Shown here: in pieces, positions 18,131 through 35,460 of the stretch | Numbering within the stretch: the first letter of the stretch is position 1 | How the letters are laid out: every line of letters begins with the position of its first letter | Source: the human T2T-CHM13v2.0 reference genome, Homo sapiens | Assembly: GCF_009914755.1 (NCBI RefSeq) | Contig: NC_060943.1 | Length of the DNA: 64,000 nucleotides | Strand: one strand, 5' to 3' | Notes under the pieces: model-generated | Seen by the model: only the letters and a program-made list of their open reading frames with translations | Database searches by the model: none | What the model was told of the DNA's origin: nothing | Translations under genes and position numbers: made by a program

Positions 18131-19196
18131 AAACCCACCAGGATCCAAAGCAAAGGCTCATGCTCCCTTCTCCCTCCGCCTCCCTGGCTTTCAGGAGAAA
18201 CAGGGGCCAGCCGGGAGTCAGGAATTCTTCTAAAGCATCAAACCAAACCCCGCTCTCTCTGGGAGGAAGCCTCGGCCTGGGAAGTCCTCCCTCAGGTTTA
18301 ACCACCTGTCCTTCCTGCTGCAGTCCTCAAGAGAGACCACAGCCAGGTGATGCGGGTTCTCATGTCCACCCTCCTAGCCCAGGGGCTGGGTCAAGCACAG
18401 CCTAGTGCAATCCCTTTTTCCTGCAAAACCTGGTTTCTCGCTGGGGCCTTGCGAGAGGAGCAGTCAGGGAGAGAAAGCACTAGATAAATATTTGTGAAAT
18501 GAATGACCAAGAGGTCTGAGCCCTGTCACCAGGGACCGTGGGCTCCCTCTGCTCCTGGCTCCTGCCTCTCCCTCTCCATCCACCAGCAGCCCTGAAACCC
18601 AATCTGCTTTTAGAATCCAGGGGCAAAAGGATCAGGTGGAGCCCAGGGTGGGAGCGGGGAGGGCAGATGGCAGGTACCGTCTCCCAGGGCCATCTCTCCC
18701 TCCCTTCGTGGGCGTGCGGCCAGCTGGGTCGGCAGTGAGCACCCCTGTTCTGCCTCACGTGCCTCTTAGGTCCTTGATCAGAAGAACAGGACTGCATGCC
18801 TGGGGGTGGGTGCAGTCTGGCGTGCCAGGTAAGACCCGTCCTTCATATCCCTCACGCTACCACCCCACAGTGGGGCGGCAAGGGAGGGTGCTTTTCTGAC
18901 TGTGCCTGTGTTGGGGGGCTGGCCCTTGCAGGACCGAGCTGGGGACTCAGACTTCTAAACATGCACATTTACTGCCCCAGCATGAGCGCAGGCGCTCCCA
19001 TCACCTCAAAATGGTCCAGTGTGGGGATCACACCACAGAGCTTGGGTGCTCGAGGCTGTGATACACTGATAATACGTAAACTGAGGCCCAGAGGAGGAAC
19101 AGGGCTCTTAACCTAGTGCTCTTTAAAGCCATCTGAAGCCCCCTCCGTGGGCACTGTCACACAGGGCTGGGACCTCACCTGCAGCCAGGGAGACAT

Positions 19197-19199
<3 letters not shown>

Positions 19200-19239
<40 letters not shown>
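19200..19239. repeat. (CA)n microsatellite
   Basis: Read directly. Confidence 0.95.
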
Positions 19240-19240
<1 letters not shown>

Positions 19241-19899
19241 AGGGCTACAGGCACAGCCTCGTACCTTTTCGCCATCACTCACTCTCTTGCCCACCTTCTC
19301 CAGGGCCCCCTTCTCTCAAGGAAGGCAGACAGTGTGTTGGCCAGGGCCCTCTCAGCACCCCCCACTGAGACAGTGTGAGGCTGGCACACCAGGAAAGGGA
19401 TGGAAGTGAGACTGCAGGAAGGACTGGCCCGGTCTAACTCAGTACCTAGTGCTTGCCCAGAGCAGGAAAGGCGCTCAGTAATTATCAACAAGAATGAATG
19501 AATCAAGAGCTGGACAAACAGCAAGAGGTATGGAAGTGAGACGGCAGGAAGGACTGGTCCAGTTACACGAGGAAGACTGGGGAGGTTAGATTGAAGGGAG
19601 GTCTGGTCTCATCTCTACTACAGAGGCTACCGGTTAAACTGCAAGAAGGACCGGCCTCAGAACGCCAGAAACAAGGCAGGGGGAGGTGGGCTCGGTCCTC
19701 AGGGGAGAGCTGGGGTGGGTGCCGGCTGGGAGGAGTGGAGAGAGCAGGGGAGCTCTGCTGAAGTGGGGAGAGGAGTTTAGAGGACTCCAGGCCTGGGGGA
19801 GCCCACTCTGCGGGTGGGGGGGTCTAATTCCTCCAGGTCCCCCCTGCCAGGGGCGGAGACAAAGGTGTGTGGGAGGAGGGTGCACTGGCTCCCAGGGAG

Positions 19900-20330
19900 A
19901 GCCAGAGAAGAGGAAAGAGAGAGAGAAACAGAGACTGAGATATCCAGAGACAGAGATGGAGACGAGGGGGAGATGGGGAGGGAGGGAGAGAGAGAGAGAG
20001 AGAGAGAGACATGCGGACATGGGAAGAGACAGAGACACAGAGAAAGCAGAGACAGAGAGAGACACAGGAAAGCTGAGACAAGGGAGAGAGGCAGAGACAC
20101 AGAGACACAGAGAAACAGAGATGGCGCAAGAGGAAAGGAGAGAGAAACCCAGGACTTAGAGACAGAGCCCCGGAGAGACTCCGAACAGACCCCGGCACAG
20201 AGACACAGAGAGAGGGAGACAGGAGTGAGAGACTGAGAGACAGGGACTCCCAGAGGCGGCCAGACTCTGCTAGACAGAGACCCCTGAGACATGTGGAGAG
20301 ACAGAAAGATGAGACCCAGACACAGGAAGG
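19900..20330. repeat. GA-rich (GAGACA) low-complexity tract in SLC8A2 intron 1
   Basis: Read directly. Confidence 0.85.
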
Positions 20331-20639
20331 CGGGGGCAGAGGTAGAGAGCGCGAGGGGGGGTGCCCCAGACGGGGTGGGGGCGGGGTGTCCTCGCCCCCC
20401 AGTACCCAGGCGGTCCCCCTCCCCAGCCGCCCGAGAACCAGGAGGGACTGAAGGTGTTGGGGCGGCTGGTGGCACTCCCACCCCACAGAAGGTACGCGTG
20501 CTGGGCCAGGCAGCCCCCCACCTCCATAAACCAGCCCAGGGAAGCCAGCTCCAGGCTTCCCGAACCGCCCCCACTCCGCACCTGGGGTAACCCCGTCCTT
20601 TTCCCACGCCCCCACCTCCCCACCAATGGGGTCTCTTAC

Positions 20640-20800
20640 CTGCGGCTACAGCCTGGAGCAGGTCCCCCCAGCGCTGGGCTGGCAGTGGTGGGCGACTCCG
20701 CCCGAAAGAGAGAGAGAGATTGAGAGAGAGAAAAGCCTGAGACTGAGAGGGAGAGCCGGGGAGGAGGGGAGGGAGAGGGGATAGAGGGAGGAGAAGAGGA
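20640..20800 (-). other. SLC8A2: SLC8A2 non-coding exon 1 (5' end approximate)
   Basis: Strong donor CAG|GTAAGA at 20640 next to a CpG/GC-box-rich promoter; TSS not determinable from sequence. Confidence 0.7.
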
Positions 20801-21010
20801 GAGGGGAGGGACACGGGGGAGGGGGAGGCGGCGAGGGAGCGAGGGAGGGGGAGGAGCCGGAGAGAGGGGGAGGAGGCGGAGGCGGGCAGAGGGAAGGCGG
20901 TGCGGGAGGCGGGGGGAGGCCCGGGGAGGGGCCTGGGGGAGCAGGGAGCCCGAGCCTCCTCCCCAGCCTCCGGGTTCAGCACCAGAGGCAGGGGACAGCA
21001 CCGGAGGGCG
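20750..21010 (-). promoter_or_regulatory. SLC8A2 GC-rich promoter with dense G-runs (Sp/KLF/MAZ-type boxes, G4 potential)
   Basis: Repeated GGGGAGG/GGGAGGCGG runs and CpGs directly upstream of exon 1. Confidence 0.7.
20975..21002 (+). promoter_or_regulatory. Non-canonical RE1/NRSE (REST site) with 9-bp spacer
   Basis: TTCAGCACC-agaggcagg-GGACAGCACC: both REST half-sites in correct order and orientation. Confidence 0.7.
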
Positions 21011-21162
21011 CTCCTGTGTGTTTCAGAAGCAGCCCCCGCCCCCCAACACACACACACACACACGCACACACACACACGCACGCAGTCTCCCAGCCATACA
21101 AGGGCCAACAGCTACAAATAGTTACAGACTTACAGAACTAGGGGGAGGGCAAGAATGTTTAG

Positions 21163-21770
<608 letters not shown>

Positions 21771-21940
21771 CATGTTCTAATGTTTTTTATAAATTTAGGT
21801 AAATGCTATTATGAGCTTCACTTACAGACAGGGAAACCAAGGCATGAGGTGGTAAATATGGCTCCAGATTCTACACCCTTAACTGCTGCACCGCACAATT
21901 CCCCAGGCTGAGGACGGGTCAGGTCAAGAAGAGACTTGCA

Positions 21941-22248
21941 GGCTGGGTGCGGTGGCTCACGCCTGTAATCCCAGCACTTTAGGAGGCTGAGGCGAGCAGA
22001 TCACTTGACGTCAGGAGTTGGAGACCAGCCTGGCCAACATGGCGAAACCCTGTCTCTTCTAAAAATACAAAAATTAGCCAGGCCAGGTGGCACACGCCTG
22101 TAATCCCAGCTACTTGGGAGGCTGAGGCAGGAGAAATCGCTTGAACCTGGGAGGTGGAGGCTGCAGTGAGCTGAGATCATGCCACCGCACTCTAGCCTGG
22201 GTGACAGAGTGAGACTCCATCTCCAAAAAAAAAAAAAAAAAAGAAAGA
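21941..22248 (+). mobile_element. Alu
   Basis: Alu consensus. Confidence 0.9.
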
Positions 22249-22984
22249 AATGAACTGCAAAGGGCCAGGCAGGTGGCCTGGGCTCCTGAAGACACAAACT
22301 CATGCACCCTGCGATGGGCCCACACACATACCCCCACGCAAGCACACACCTCTGCAAGGCACACCAGCACTACACCCACCCCCAATCCTGCTCCCCCCCA
22401 CAACAGGGGGTGATGGCGTGTTAGTCGGTGTGGAGTGCTCCTTCTCTAGAGGCGGACAGTGGGAGGGAGGGGGCCTTGCTCGTGCCACCGGTCCTGCCCA
22501 CTGCCAGTCCTGGCTGGACACCGTCAGGCCTGCTGGCCAGGGGAGGGAGAGGATCCGGCTTCCTCCAACTTCCCACGCCTGGGCCTGGCTTCTGGGAAAG
22601 AGGGTGAAGACAGGGGTGGCCAGGAGTTGCTGAGCTCCTAACTCCCATAAACGCTCGGTAGAGAACTGGTGGCTGGGTCTTCCCTGTCAGTGCTGGTGGT
22701 CAGACTTCTGAGTGGACCTCCATAGCGGGAGGTAGACAGATGGCCAAAATGACTACGGTGTCTGCCTCTCCCCTGAACCCCCAGGAAGCAGATGTCCTGC
22801 CCAACCCCTGCCCCCAGCCTGGATACGGCCCAGGGAATGATCATCCCCCAACCCTGCTGACCCAGATTCTATTCCTGGCCTGCAGTGGACGGAGGACAAG
22901 ACTTCCATCGTTCCCACCCTCCACTGATCCTAGAGACACAGGCCTCTGATTCCTTCTCCTGGTAATACAGAACGGAGCACAGGA

Positions 22985-23275
22985 GGCCGGGCTCAGTGAC
23001 TCACGCCTGTCATCCCAGCACTTTGGGAGGCCGAGGCGGGCAGATCACCTGAGGTCAGGAGTTTGAGACCAGCCTGGCCAACACGGTGAAACCCTGTCTC
23101 TACTAAAAATACAAAAAAATTAGCCAGGCGTGGTGGCGTACGCTTGTAATCCCAGCTACTCAGGAGGCCGAGGCAGGAGAATCGCTTGAACCAGGAGGTG
23201 GAGGTTGCAGTGAGCCGAGATCGCGCCACTGCACTCCAACCAGTGCATCAGAATGAGACTCCGTCTCTCACACAC
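22985..23275 (+). mobile_element. Alu
   Basis: Alu consensus. Confidence 0.9.
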
Positions 23276-23369
23276 ACACAAAAGACCACAGGCAAGGCAA
23301 CTCCTACCACCACAGGCTGGGAGAATCAGGCTTGTCTCCCACTCCCTGGGCCCCCAACCCCCTAGGCTT

Positions 23370-23875
23370 TTTAGATTAGGTCTAAGCTTAGCCCTTTCCA
23401 GCATGGTCTAGCCTGGGTCTTCTCCCTGGGTCTTGCCTCAGTGCTCTCCACTGGGAACTAAGCTCACTTTTTGCTGGGGTTTAACCCTGGCCCCTTGCAC
23501 AGGATCTGGCCATAGCAATTTTTTGTTGGGGTCCAACCTCAGCATTATTCATAGGGAGTCTAGCCTCAGACCCTCTGCTACAAATGGACCACTGCTTTCC
23601 CACAGCAGCCCTTTCTACCCACAAGTTTTCCTCTAAACGCTCAAGCTCCTTACCTTTCCACTGGGATCTACCCTTAGATCTAGATCTTTCCACTGGGGTC
23701 TCATGTCAGCTCTCTCCACTAGGGTCTAACCTCAGCTCTTTCCCTTCCATTTTACGTAATCTGTTCCACAGTGGTTTAACTTTTAGCCTTTCTGCTAAGG
23801 TGTCACCCCATTTCTTTCTCTTGGGTTCTACCCTGGGATCTAACCTCCGGCCTGTATCTGGGTCTAGCCTTGGAT
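23370..23875. repeat. Degenerate about 25-bp repeat (GGGTCTAACCTCAGCTCTTTCCACT-like)
   Basis: Recurrent gg(g/a)tcta(a/g)cc and tt(t/c)ccactgg units. Confidence 0.6.
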
Positions 23876-24266
23876 TCCCTCTCCCCCAAATCCCTCTCCC
23901 TCAATTCCTCTGGGTGAATCCAGCATCCAACACAGAGCCAGGCATACAGCAGGTGCTCACCAAATGCTTGCCGAAAAAAAGAATCGAGACAACTGGGAAA
24001 TGATGTTCTTCTGGACGTATAAATAACCATCAGGTGGCCAATTCTCATCCAGAGTGGACAGGGTGGAATGGGATCATCCCTGCTTTCAAATAGGGACATT
24101 GACGTACAGAGAGAGGAGTGGGTTAGCTGGGGCCCCAGGGCACAGCTTCACCACCCTGGGGAGGTCTGGGGAGAGCATCCTGTCCTTCAGGACACCCCCC
24201 ACCAGCGGCTGGAGGTGAGCACGCCATGAGTCGCCCCAGGTCTGGGAAGAGTGGGTGCATGGGTGC

Positions 24267-25923
<1,657 letters not shown>

Positions 25924-26139
25924 TCATCATCTCAGATTTGGACATATTCATAGACCCAGCAAGGGGTCAACCTGTGCACTCAAGCCCTTCATCTCGGAGA
26001 CCATCTCACTCCCAAATGGAAAGCCACAGTGTCCCATCTGAGGATTCAGATGCATGTGTCCTCAATTTAGACACCCACGCTGCCTTCGTGGAGCCCGAAG
26101 AGGGCTTGGCCCTGGCCTGGACACCTTCACCACCCCTAG

Positions 26140-26325
26140 AGGGGTGCCAGAGCTGGCTATAGTTGCTTCCGAGAGCTGACTGGGAAATGTTCCCATGTAA
26201 TCATGTTCATGGTTTGAAAGCCACCATGGTGGGAGTATTTACACTTTGGAAACTCTGGTAAATGCTACAAACCTGGGCTTTCCTCGTGCATAGCCAGTGA
26301 TTAACCATTTTCCAGCATACCTACT
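26140..26325 (-). mobile_element. MER63-like hAT DNA transposon
   Basis: ccatggtgggagtatttacac...aaatgctacaaa...ttccagcatacc matches recalled MER63 consensus. Confidence 0.7.
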
Positions 26326-26556
26326 ACATCTACTCCAGGGGGCACAGGCATCTCTGCTCCCACCCCCCAGCCTCAACATATTCCCTACAAGTCTAGACTT
26401 CAATATTCACAGCCCCCACCCCTGGGTCACGAGTATCTGTACTTGTCCAGCTCTGGGTAATCCACCCAGAGGAACTTACTGTAGAGAATGACAAGGTTAG
26501 ACCACAGTGCAAAGAAAGAAGGTTAGACCACACCCATGTGTCTCAGGCCCCCTCAC

Positions 26557-26632
26557 CGATACACCACTGCTGGCTCCAACATGCTGGCCACGAGCACGCT
26601 GTACTCATCTTGTAGTGGCCTGTCCTTGGTCT
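26557..26632 (-). CDS. KPTN: KPTN exon 9
   Basis: [26 protein letters not shown]; 76 nt. Confidence 0.93.
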
Positions 26633-26652
26633 CTGGAGAAGAAACATGAATG

Positions 26653-26985
<333 letters not shown>

Positions 26986-27149
26986 TCATACCCCAGGCCC
27001 CTTTAATGAGAGACATGCAGGTTAGATCTCAGGAAAAAGTCTTGAGGCTGTGCTACACAGGGAGGGTTAGAGATTGGCCCATGAGACAAATTATAAGTCA
27101 GACACCAGAAGGAGAAATAGGTGTTAGATGATGGCTTAAAAAGTCTGAG

Positions 27150-27415
27150 GTTCTGGGTGTGGTGGCTCATGTAATCCCAGCACTTTTGGAGGCCGAGGCA
27201 GGCGGATCACCTGAGGTCAAGAGTTCGAGACTAGCCTGGCCAACATGGTGAAACCCTGTGTCTACTAAAAACACAAAAATTAGCCTGGCATGATGGCATA
27301 CACTTGTAATCCCAGCTACTCAGGAGGCTGAGGCAGGAGAATTGCTTGAACCTGGGAGGTGGAGGTGATAGTGAGCCGAGATTGTGCCACTGCAACCAGC
27401 CTGACCAAGACTCTG

Positions 27416-27449
<34 letters not shown>
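27150..27449 (+). mobile_element. Alu
   Basis: Alu consensus. Confidence 0.9.
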
Positions 27450-27451
<2 letters not shown>

Positions 27452-27903
27452 CATTTGTGCATGTATGTTTACAACAGCCCAATTCACAACTGCAAAGATG
27501 TGGAACTAACCTAAGTGGCCATTGACTAATGAGTGGAGAAAGAAAATGTGGTATATATACACCATGGAGTACTACTCAAGTCATAAAAATGTTGTCTTTT
27601 GCAGCAACTTAGATGGAACTGGAGACCATTATTCTAAGTGCAGTAACATAGGAGTGGAAAACCAAAAAATGTATGTTCTCACAGAAGAGGGGGCCAACCT
27701 ATGAGTATGCAAAGGCATACAGAGTGTATAATGGTGTTTGGAGATTCAGAAGCAGGAAGGTGGGAGGCGGTGTGGGATAGAAGCTACACATTAGGTACAA
27801 CGGACACTAGCTGGGTGATGGGTGTGCTAAGATCTCAGAATCCATCACTATAGAATTCATCCATGCAACCAAAACCACTTGTGTCCCCGAAGTGATTGAA
27901 ATA
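27450..27903 (+). mobile_element. L1PB-like 3' end
   Basis: aagaaaatgtggtatatatacaccatggagtactactca...gcaaaggcatacagagtg...aaaaccacttgt. Confidence 0.85.
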
Positions 27904-27904
27904 A

Positions 27905-28282
<378 letters not shown>

Positions 28283-28709
28283 TGAGTGGTGGGACAGCGG
28301 TGAGTCCAGGAGCATAGCCGGGAGCTAGAATGCAACAAGAGACACAGTGAAGGGGCCACAGAGCGGGGTGAGGAAATACCGATGTGAGACGTGCAGGTTA
28401 GAGTACAGAGGGAGAGGTGGATGCTCAGCCCCAGGGTACGGGGCTAAGGTTACACCAAAGTGAGGAGAACAACTATGGACCCTAACAGAAAAGATATGGG
28501 TTAGGCCCCATGTGCCAGTCCTGGAAGTTAAATTCACAAGAGGGGAGGGGAGGGAAGAGGTGCACTGTAGCTCAAGGCCTGGAGTGGGGGATCCAGGAGA
28601 GAGGGACTGGGGTCTGCACACTTTGGGAGAGGGGTGCAAATCTGGGTAGAAGGACCCAAGAATGCAGAGTTGCCTCTTCCCTCCCACCCGCTCTCTCCCC
28701 ATCCCCTCA

Positions 28710-28820
<111 letters not shown>

Positions 28821-28824
28821 TCAG

Positions 28825-29420
<596 letters not shown>

Positions 29421-29620
29421 TCAATTCTCACCACCCGAGGGCTGAGTCCACCTCTTGTTTTTTCTGGGGTCACCCCTGCTGATCAATTTCTCTGAAGTCA
29501 TGCCGTGGACTGATTTTTCTGAGCTCCTCCCCGGTGACCAATTTCTCTAAGGTCTCACCGCCCGATTTCTCTGATGTCAGTGCCCCGGTCCCCAGTGGCC
29601 TCTTTCGGGGCCTCTCCTAC

Positions 29621-29694
29621 CTACTGGTCAGGTTCGTCAGCTCTGGGAAGAGGTTTTCCACGGGCTGTTCCTCAAACTGATGCAGCCCCTCGTT
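29621..29694 (-). CDS. KPTN: KPTN exon 6
   Basis: [24 protein letters not shown]; 74 nt. Confidence 0.93.
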
Positions 29695-29818
29695 CTGGGG
29701 AAACCAAGACCCACCCCACCCCCGCTTAAGTCAGCCGTCAGCTTCACACATATACCCACCCAGCGCCAGCCCACAGTGAATCCCACAGGGCTCTGCCCAG
29801 CACGCCGCCCCACCTCAC

Positions 29819-29894
29819 CTCCTTGTAGAGATGAATGGCCGGGTCGTTCCCACTCAAGAGAAACACAGTCTCAAGTTGATCCCCGACCTGGACC
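29819..29894 (-). CDS. KPTN: KPTN exon 5
   Basis: [25 protein letters not shown]; 76 nt. Confidence 0.93.
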
Positions 29895-29904
29895 CTGAAA
29901 GCAG

Positions 29905-30965
29905 AGAAATCTAGAACCCAAGGTAGTGGAATCCACATGGTCTGAGAACCAGAACTCTCCTCTTGCAAAAACCCCTGCCTGTTGAGAACCTTAACATTCT
30001 GGGATCCAGACACTAGACCCAGGGTTAGAATCTCAGGGCTCAAGCTCCTGAGTACTGTATCTCCTTGAAATACATAACTGTAGAAACGAGCCCTCATAGA
30101 ATCTCAAAATCAAGGAATGTACCTCCCAATCTCAGAATTGCGGGAACATGGCTTGCTAGAACCTCCCGCTCTTAGAGCCCGCATCTACTCCTACCTTCAC
30201 TCTGTGGATTCAGGAATCGAATGTGGAACTCTAGAATGAACTGCAGAACCTTAGAAAGCTAGGACCTCTTCATTCTGAAACCCTGGTATTCTAGAAGTGC
30301 TGTTTTCTGTCTCCTTAAAAATACAAGAACTTCTAGAATTTGCCATCATAGATTTCAGATTCACGGAATGATAGAATATCCAAATCCTAGCAAGGAGAAC
30401 ATTAGTGCAATTAGAATCTTCAGTTTTGGGGACTCTCACCTGTTAGACCAGAGGTTGGCCAAGTTATGACCTGCAGACCAAATCCAACCCACCATCTGTT
30501 TTTGTAAATAAAGTTTTATTGGAACATAGCCACATCCATTCATTTATAGTGTCAATGGCTGCTTTCTGGCTACAATGGCAAAGTGAGTAGTTGTGACAGA
30601 CTGGCCCTCAAAGCCTAATATTTACTATCTGGATCTCTACCAAAAAAAGTTTGCCAATCCCTGTTCTAGACCATCTGTGTTCTGGAATGGAATCTGGAAC
30701 TCTAGAATGGAACCCACACACTTTGGGGTTCTAGCACCTTGGTATTCTAGATGCTCTATGTTCTATCTCCTCGAAAGATGAGAATGTCAGGACTTTATCA
30801 TTACAGAACCTCAGAAGATTCTGGCTTCTATCGTACTGTAGAATATTCAAATGTTGGAATCTTAGAGCCTACGACTCTAGAAAACTTAGCATCTCTGATC
30901 TTGGAATGTCAGACTCTAGAACATTAGAATCTGGGAATTCTAGATGTGCAGAATTCCCAGAATTC
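29905..30965. repeat. TCTAGA/TAGAAT-rich degenerate repeat field in KPTN intron 4
   Basis: 10 TCTAGA hexamers in about 1.05 kb. Confidence 0.7.
30449..30663 (+). mobile_element. MER58A-like hAT-Charlie element
   Basis: cagaggttggc...tttttgtaaataaagttttattggaaca...gtttgccaatccctg with terminal inverted repeats; flanks tgttagac / ttctagac. Confidence 0.85.
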
Positions 30966-31003
30966 ACAGGTGCTCCATCAACTCTCTCAGATTATCTAGT
31001 TCA

Positions 31004-31370
<367 letters not shown>

Positions 31371-31550
31371 GTGCAATGCTTTAAAAAACAAATGTAGAAT
31401 CTGATTGTCTATGGACAAGTTCGTGGTCTCCAGTTAGCTACAGCTTTCCAACCTCAGCTGCATATGTGTGTGTGCACATGTGCTCCCTGTTATATTACAT
31501 TTGTGCTTTCCATTCTCACATGACCTCTCTGGTCCCCAAAGGCATTTTAG

Positions 31551-31867
<317 letters not shown>

Positions 31868-32021
31868 GGCATTTTAGTTTTCAATCCCTAATCTAGTACA
31901 ACCTCTTTATTTTCCAGAAGGGGAAACAGACTACAGGGGTCTGTAAGTAAAGAAGGGGTTCGAGAAGCCAGGGTTTCTACATTTACAGTGGAGTGGGCGT
32001 CGATGCGCAGGGGACACTCAC

Positions 32022-32076
32022 TCCGCATGGCACAGCTGGAACGGAGTGAACTGGAGCTCCAGGTTCAGGCAGCTCT
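32022..32076 (-). CDS. KPTN: KPTN exon 4
   Basis: QSCLNLELQFTPFQLCHAE; 55 nt. Confidence 0.92.
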
Positions 32077-32150
32077 CTGTAGGCAGGGCACAGGCAGGTT
32101 AGCATGGGGGACCTGCTGGGGACTCTCTCCCTCCTCCCGTCCACGCCTCA

Positions 32151-32461
<311 letters not shown>

Positions 32462-32748
32462 CTAAGTTCAGTGTCAGGCAGACTCATGCTTCCAATCTCC
32501 CCAACATGGTGAGCTCTGGCTACCGCAATGATCATGCCCTCTGGTCTGAGTCCTGACCACCATCACCTGATCTCTGTTCCCTGGGTACTAGGGATCCTGA
32601 CCTGTAAGTCTGAAGAATCCTGAAACCCTAGGCTCATCCGGGCCCCAACTATGCCTGCCCGCTGATCCCAGTGACCCCCTTAAAACCACCTGATCCCATT
32701 CTTCCAGCACGGTGACCCGGCTCAGACAGAGCCTCAGAAGCCTTCTCA

Positions 32749-33250
<502 letters not shown>

Positions 33251-33339
33251 ACCAAGGGGCTGCCATAAGGAGTCTGTGACTAGAGATGGGAGGTGGTGGC
33301 CACGGCCTCTCGCTGTATGCTGTGTGGAAGGTCGAATCA

Positions 33340-33860
<521 letters not shown>

Positions 33861-34934
33861 TATAGTTCATAATCTTAACAGTATCACCTTTAAAATAATT
33901 AATACATTCTTCTTGCCCCCAAGGAAAAATGATCCAGCTATAATAACCACCTCCTTTATCGAACACCTACTTGGTGACAGTCATGCTGGCTCTGATAATC
34001 TGATTCCTTACAACTGTTCTGCAAGGGCCTACTGTTACCCTCCCTGCCGGTTCACTTATTCAGGATTCATTGAGCTTTTACTATGTGCCCGGACGTCCTT
34101 TGCAAATCTGTCTCACTAATCTTTGCAAGAAAGAAACCTCTACAAAGAGGTTTATTATCCCAGTTTAGAGAGAATCAAATGGAGGCTCAGAAAGAGTAAG
34201 TCCACTGACTGATATGCTAGCAAGTGGTGGGGACAGGATGTAAACCAGGTGTTTCCGACTCTGGGGCCTTCAGGGGTTCCTGTCTGTGCTGCTTTGTCCC
34301 TAGAAGGCCATGGAGGTTTGGGTACTATGTGCACATCTGTGTATCATTTCCAGAAGACATGGGTTGGCCAGCTGTCCTGGACACCTCGAGCACACACAGA
34401 CTGCAAGCTCCATGAAGGCAGCAGGCTGATCTCCCTTGATCACGGCCTTATCGCCTGTACCTGGAACACAAGGCCTGACACAAAGCAGGCATTCAGAAAA
34501 TATGTGTCAAAAATCACAAACTATGTGCTGAGCATGTAAGAGACAGCTCTTACATGATGGAAAGTTCTCAAAGGCAGACTGGATAACGGAGGTGGCAAGG
34601 AATTTGTGATGATTCCAGATTTCTGGATGTGGAGAGTAGAAGTTCCTGGAGGGCAGTCTGGGAATGCCGTCAGTGCTGCTGTATTCCCAGGGCCTGGCAT
34701 GCAGCAGGTGCTTAGTGAATATTCGCTGAGGGAGTGGCACGTGGGTCTAGTGCCACTTCAGCAGTGCGTTTCCTTCAGGCGTCTTCCCGCCCTAGTAACC
34801 TATAAGCCACATGTTGAGCGGATGAATGAAAAAATGAAGTTACAGGTTAGGAAGGAATCATCCTGTTAAGAGGTTTCCAATCCTAGCTGCACACTTGAAC
34901 TGCCTATGAAGTTTTAACAAAACAAACCAAAACA

Positions 34935-35460
<526 letters not shown>

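Noticed and set aside
19777-21108. 443-aa minus-strand ORF
   Set aside because: Low-complexity GC/CT promoter and intron sequence with no recognisable domain; crosses the exon 1 donor
26131-26146. Palindrome CACCCCTAGAGGGGTG, CTCF-like
   Set aside because: Short, at the edge of a MER63 element, only a partial motif match
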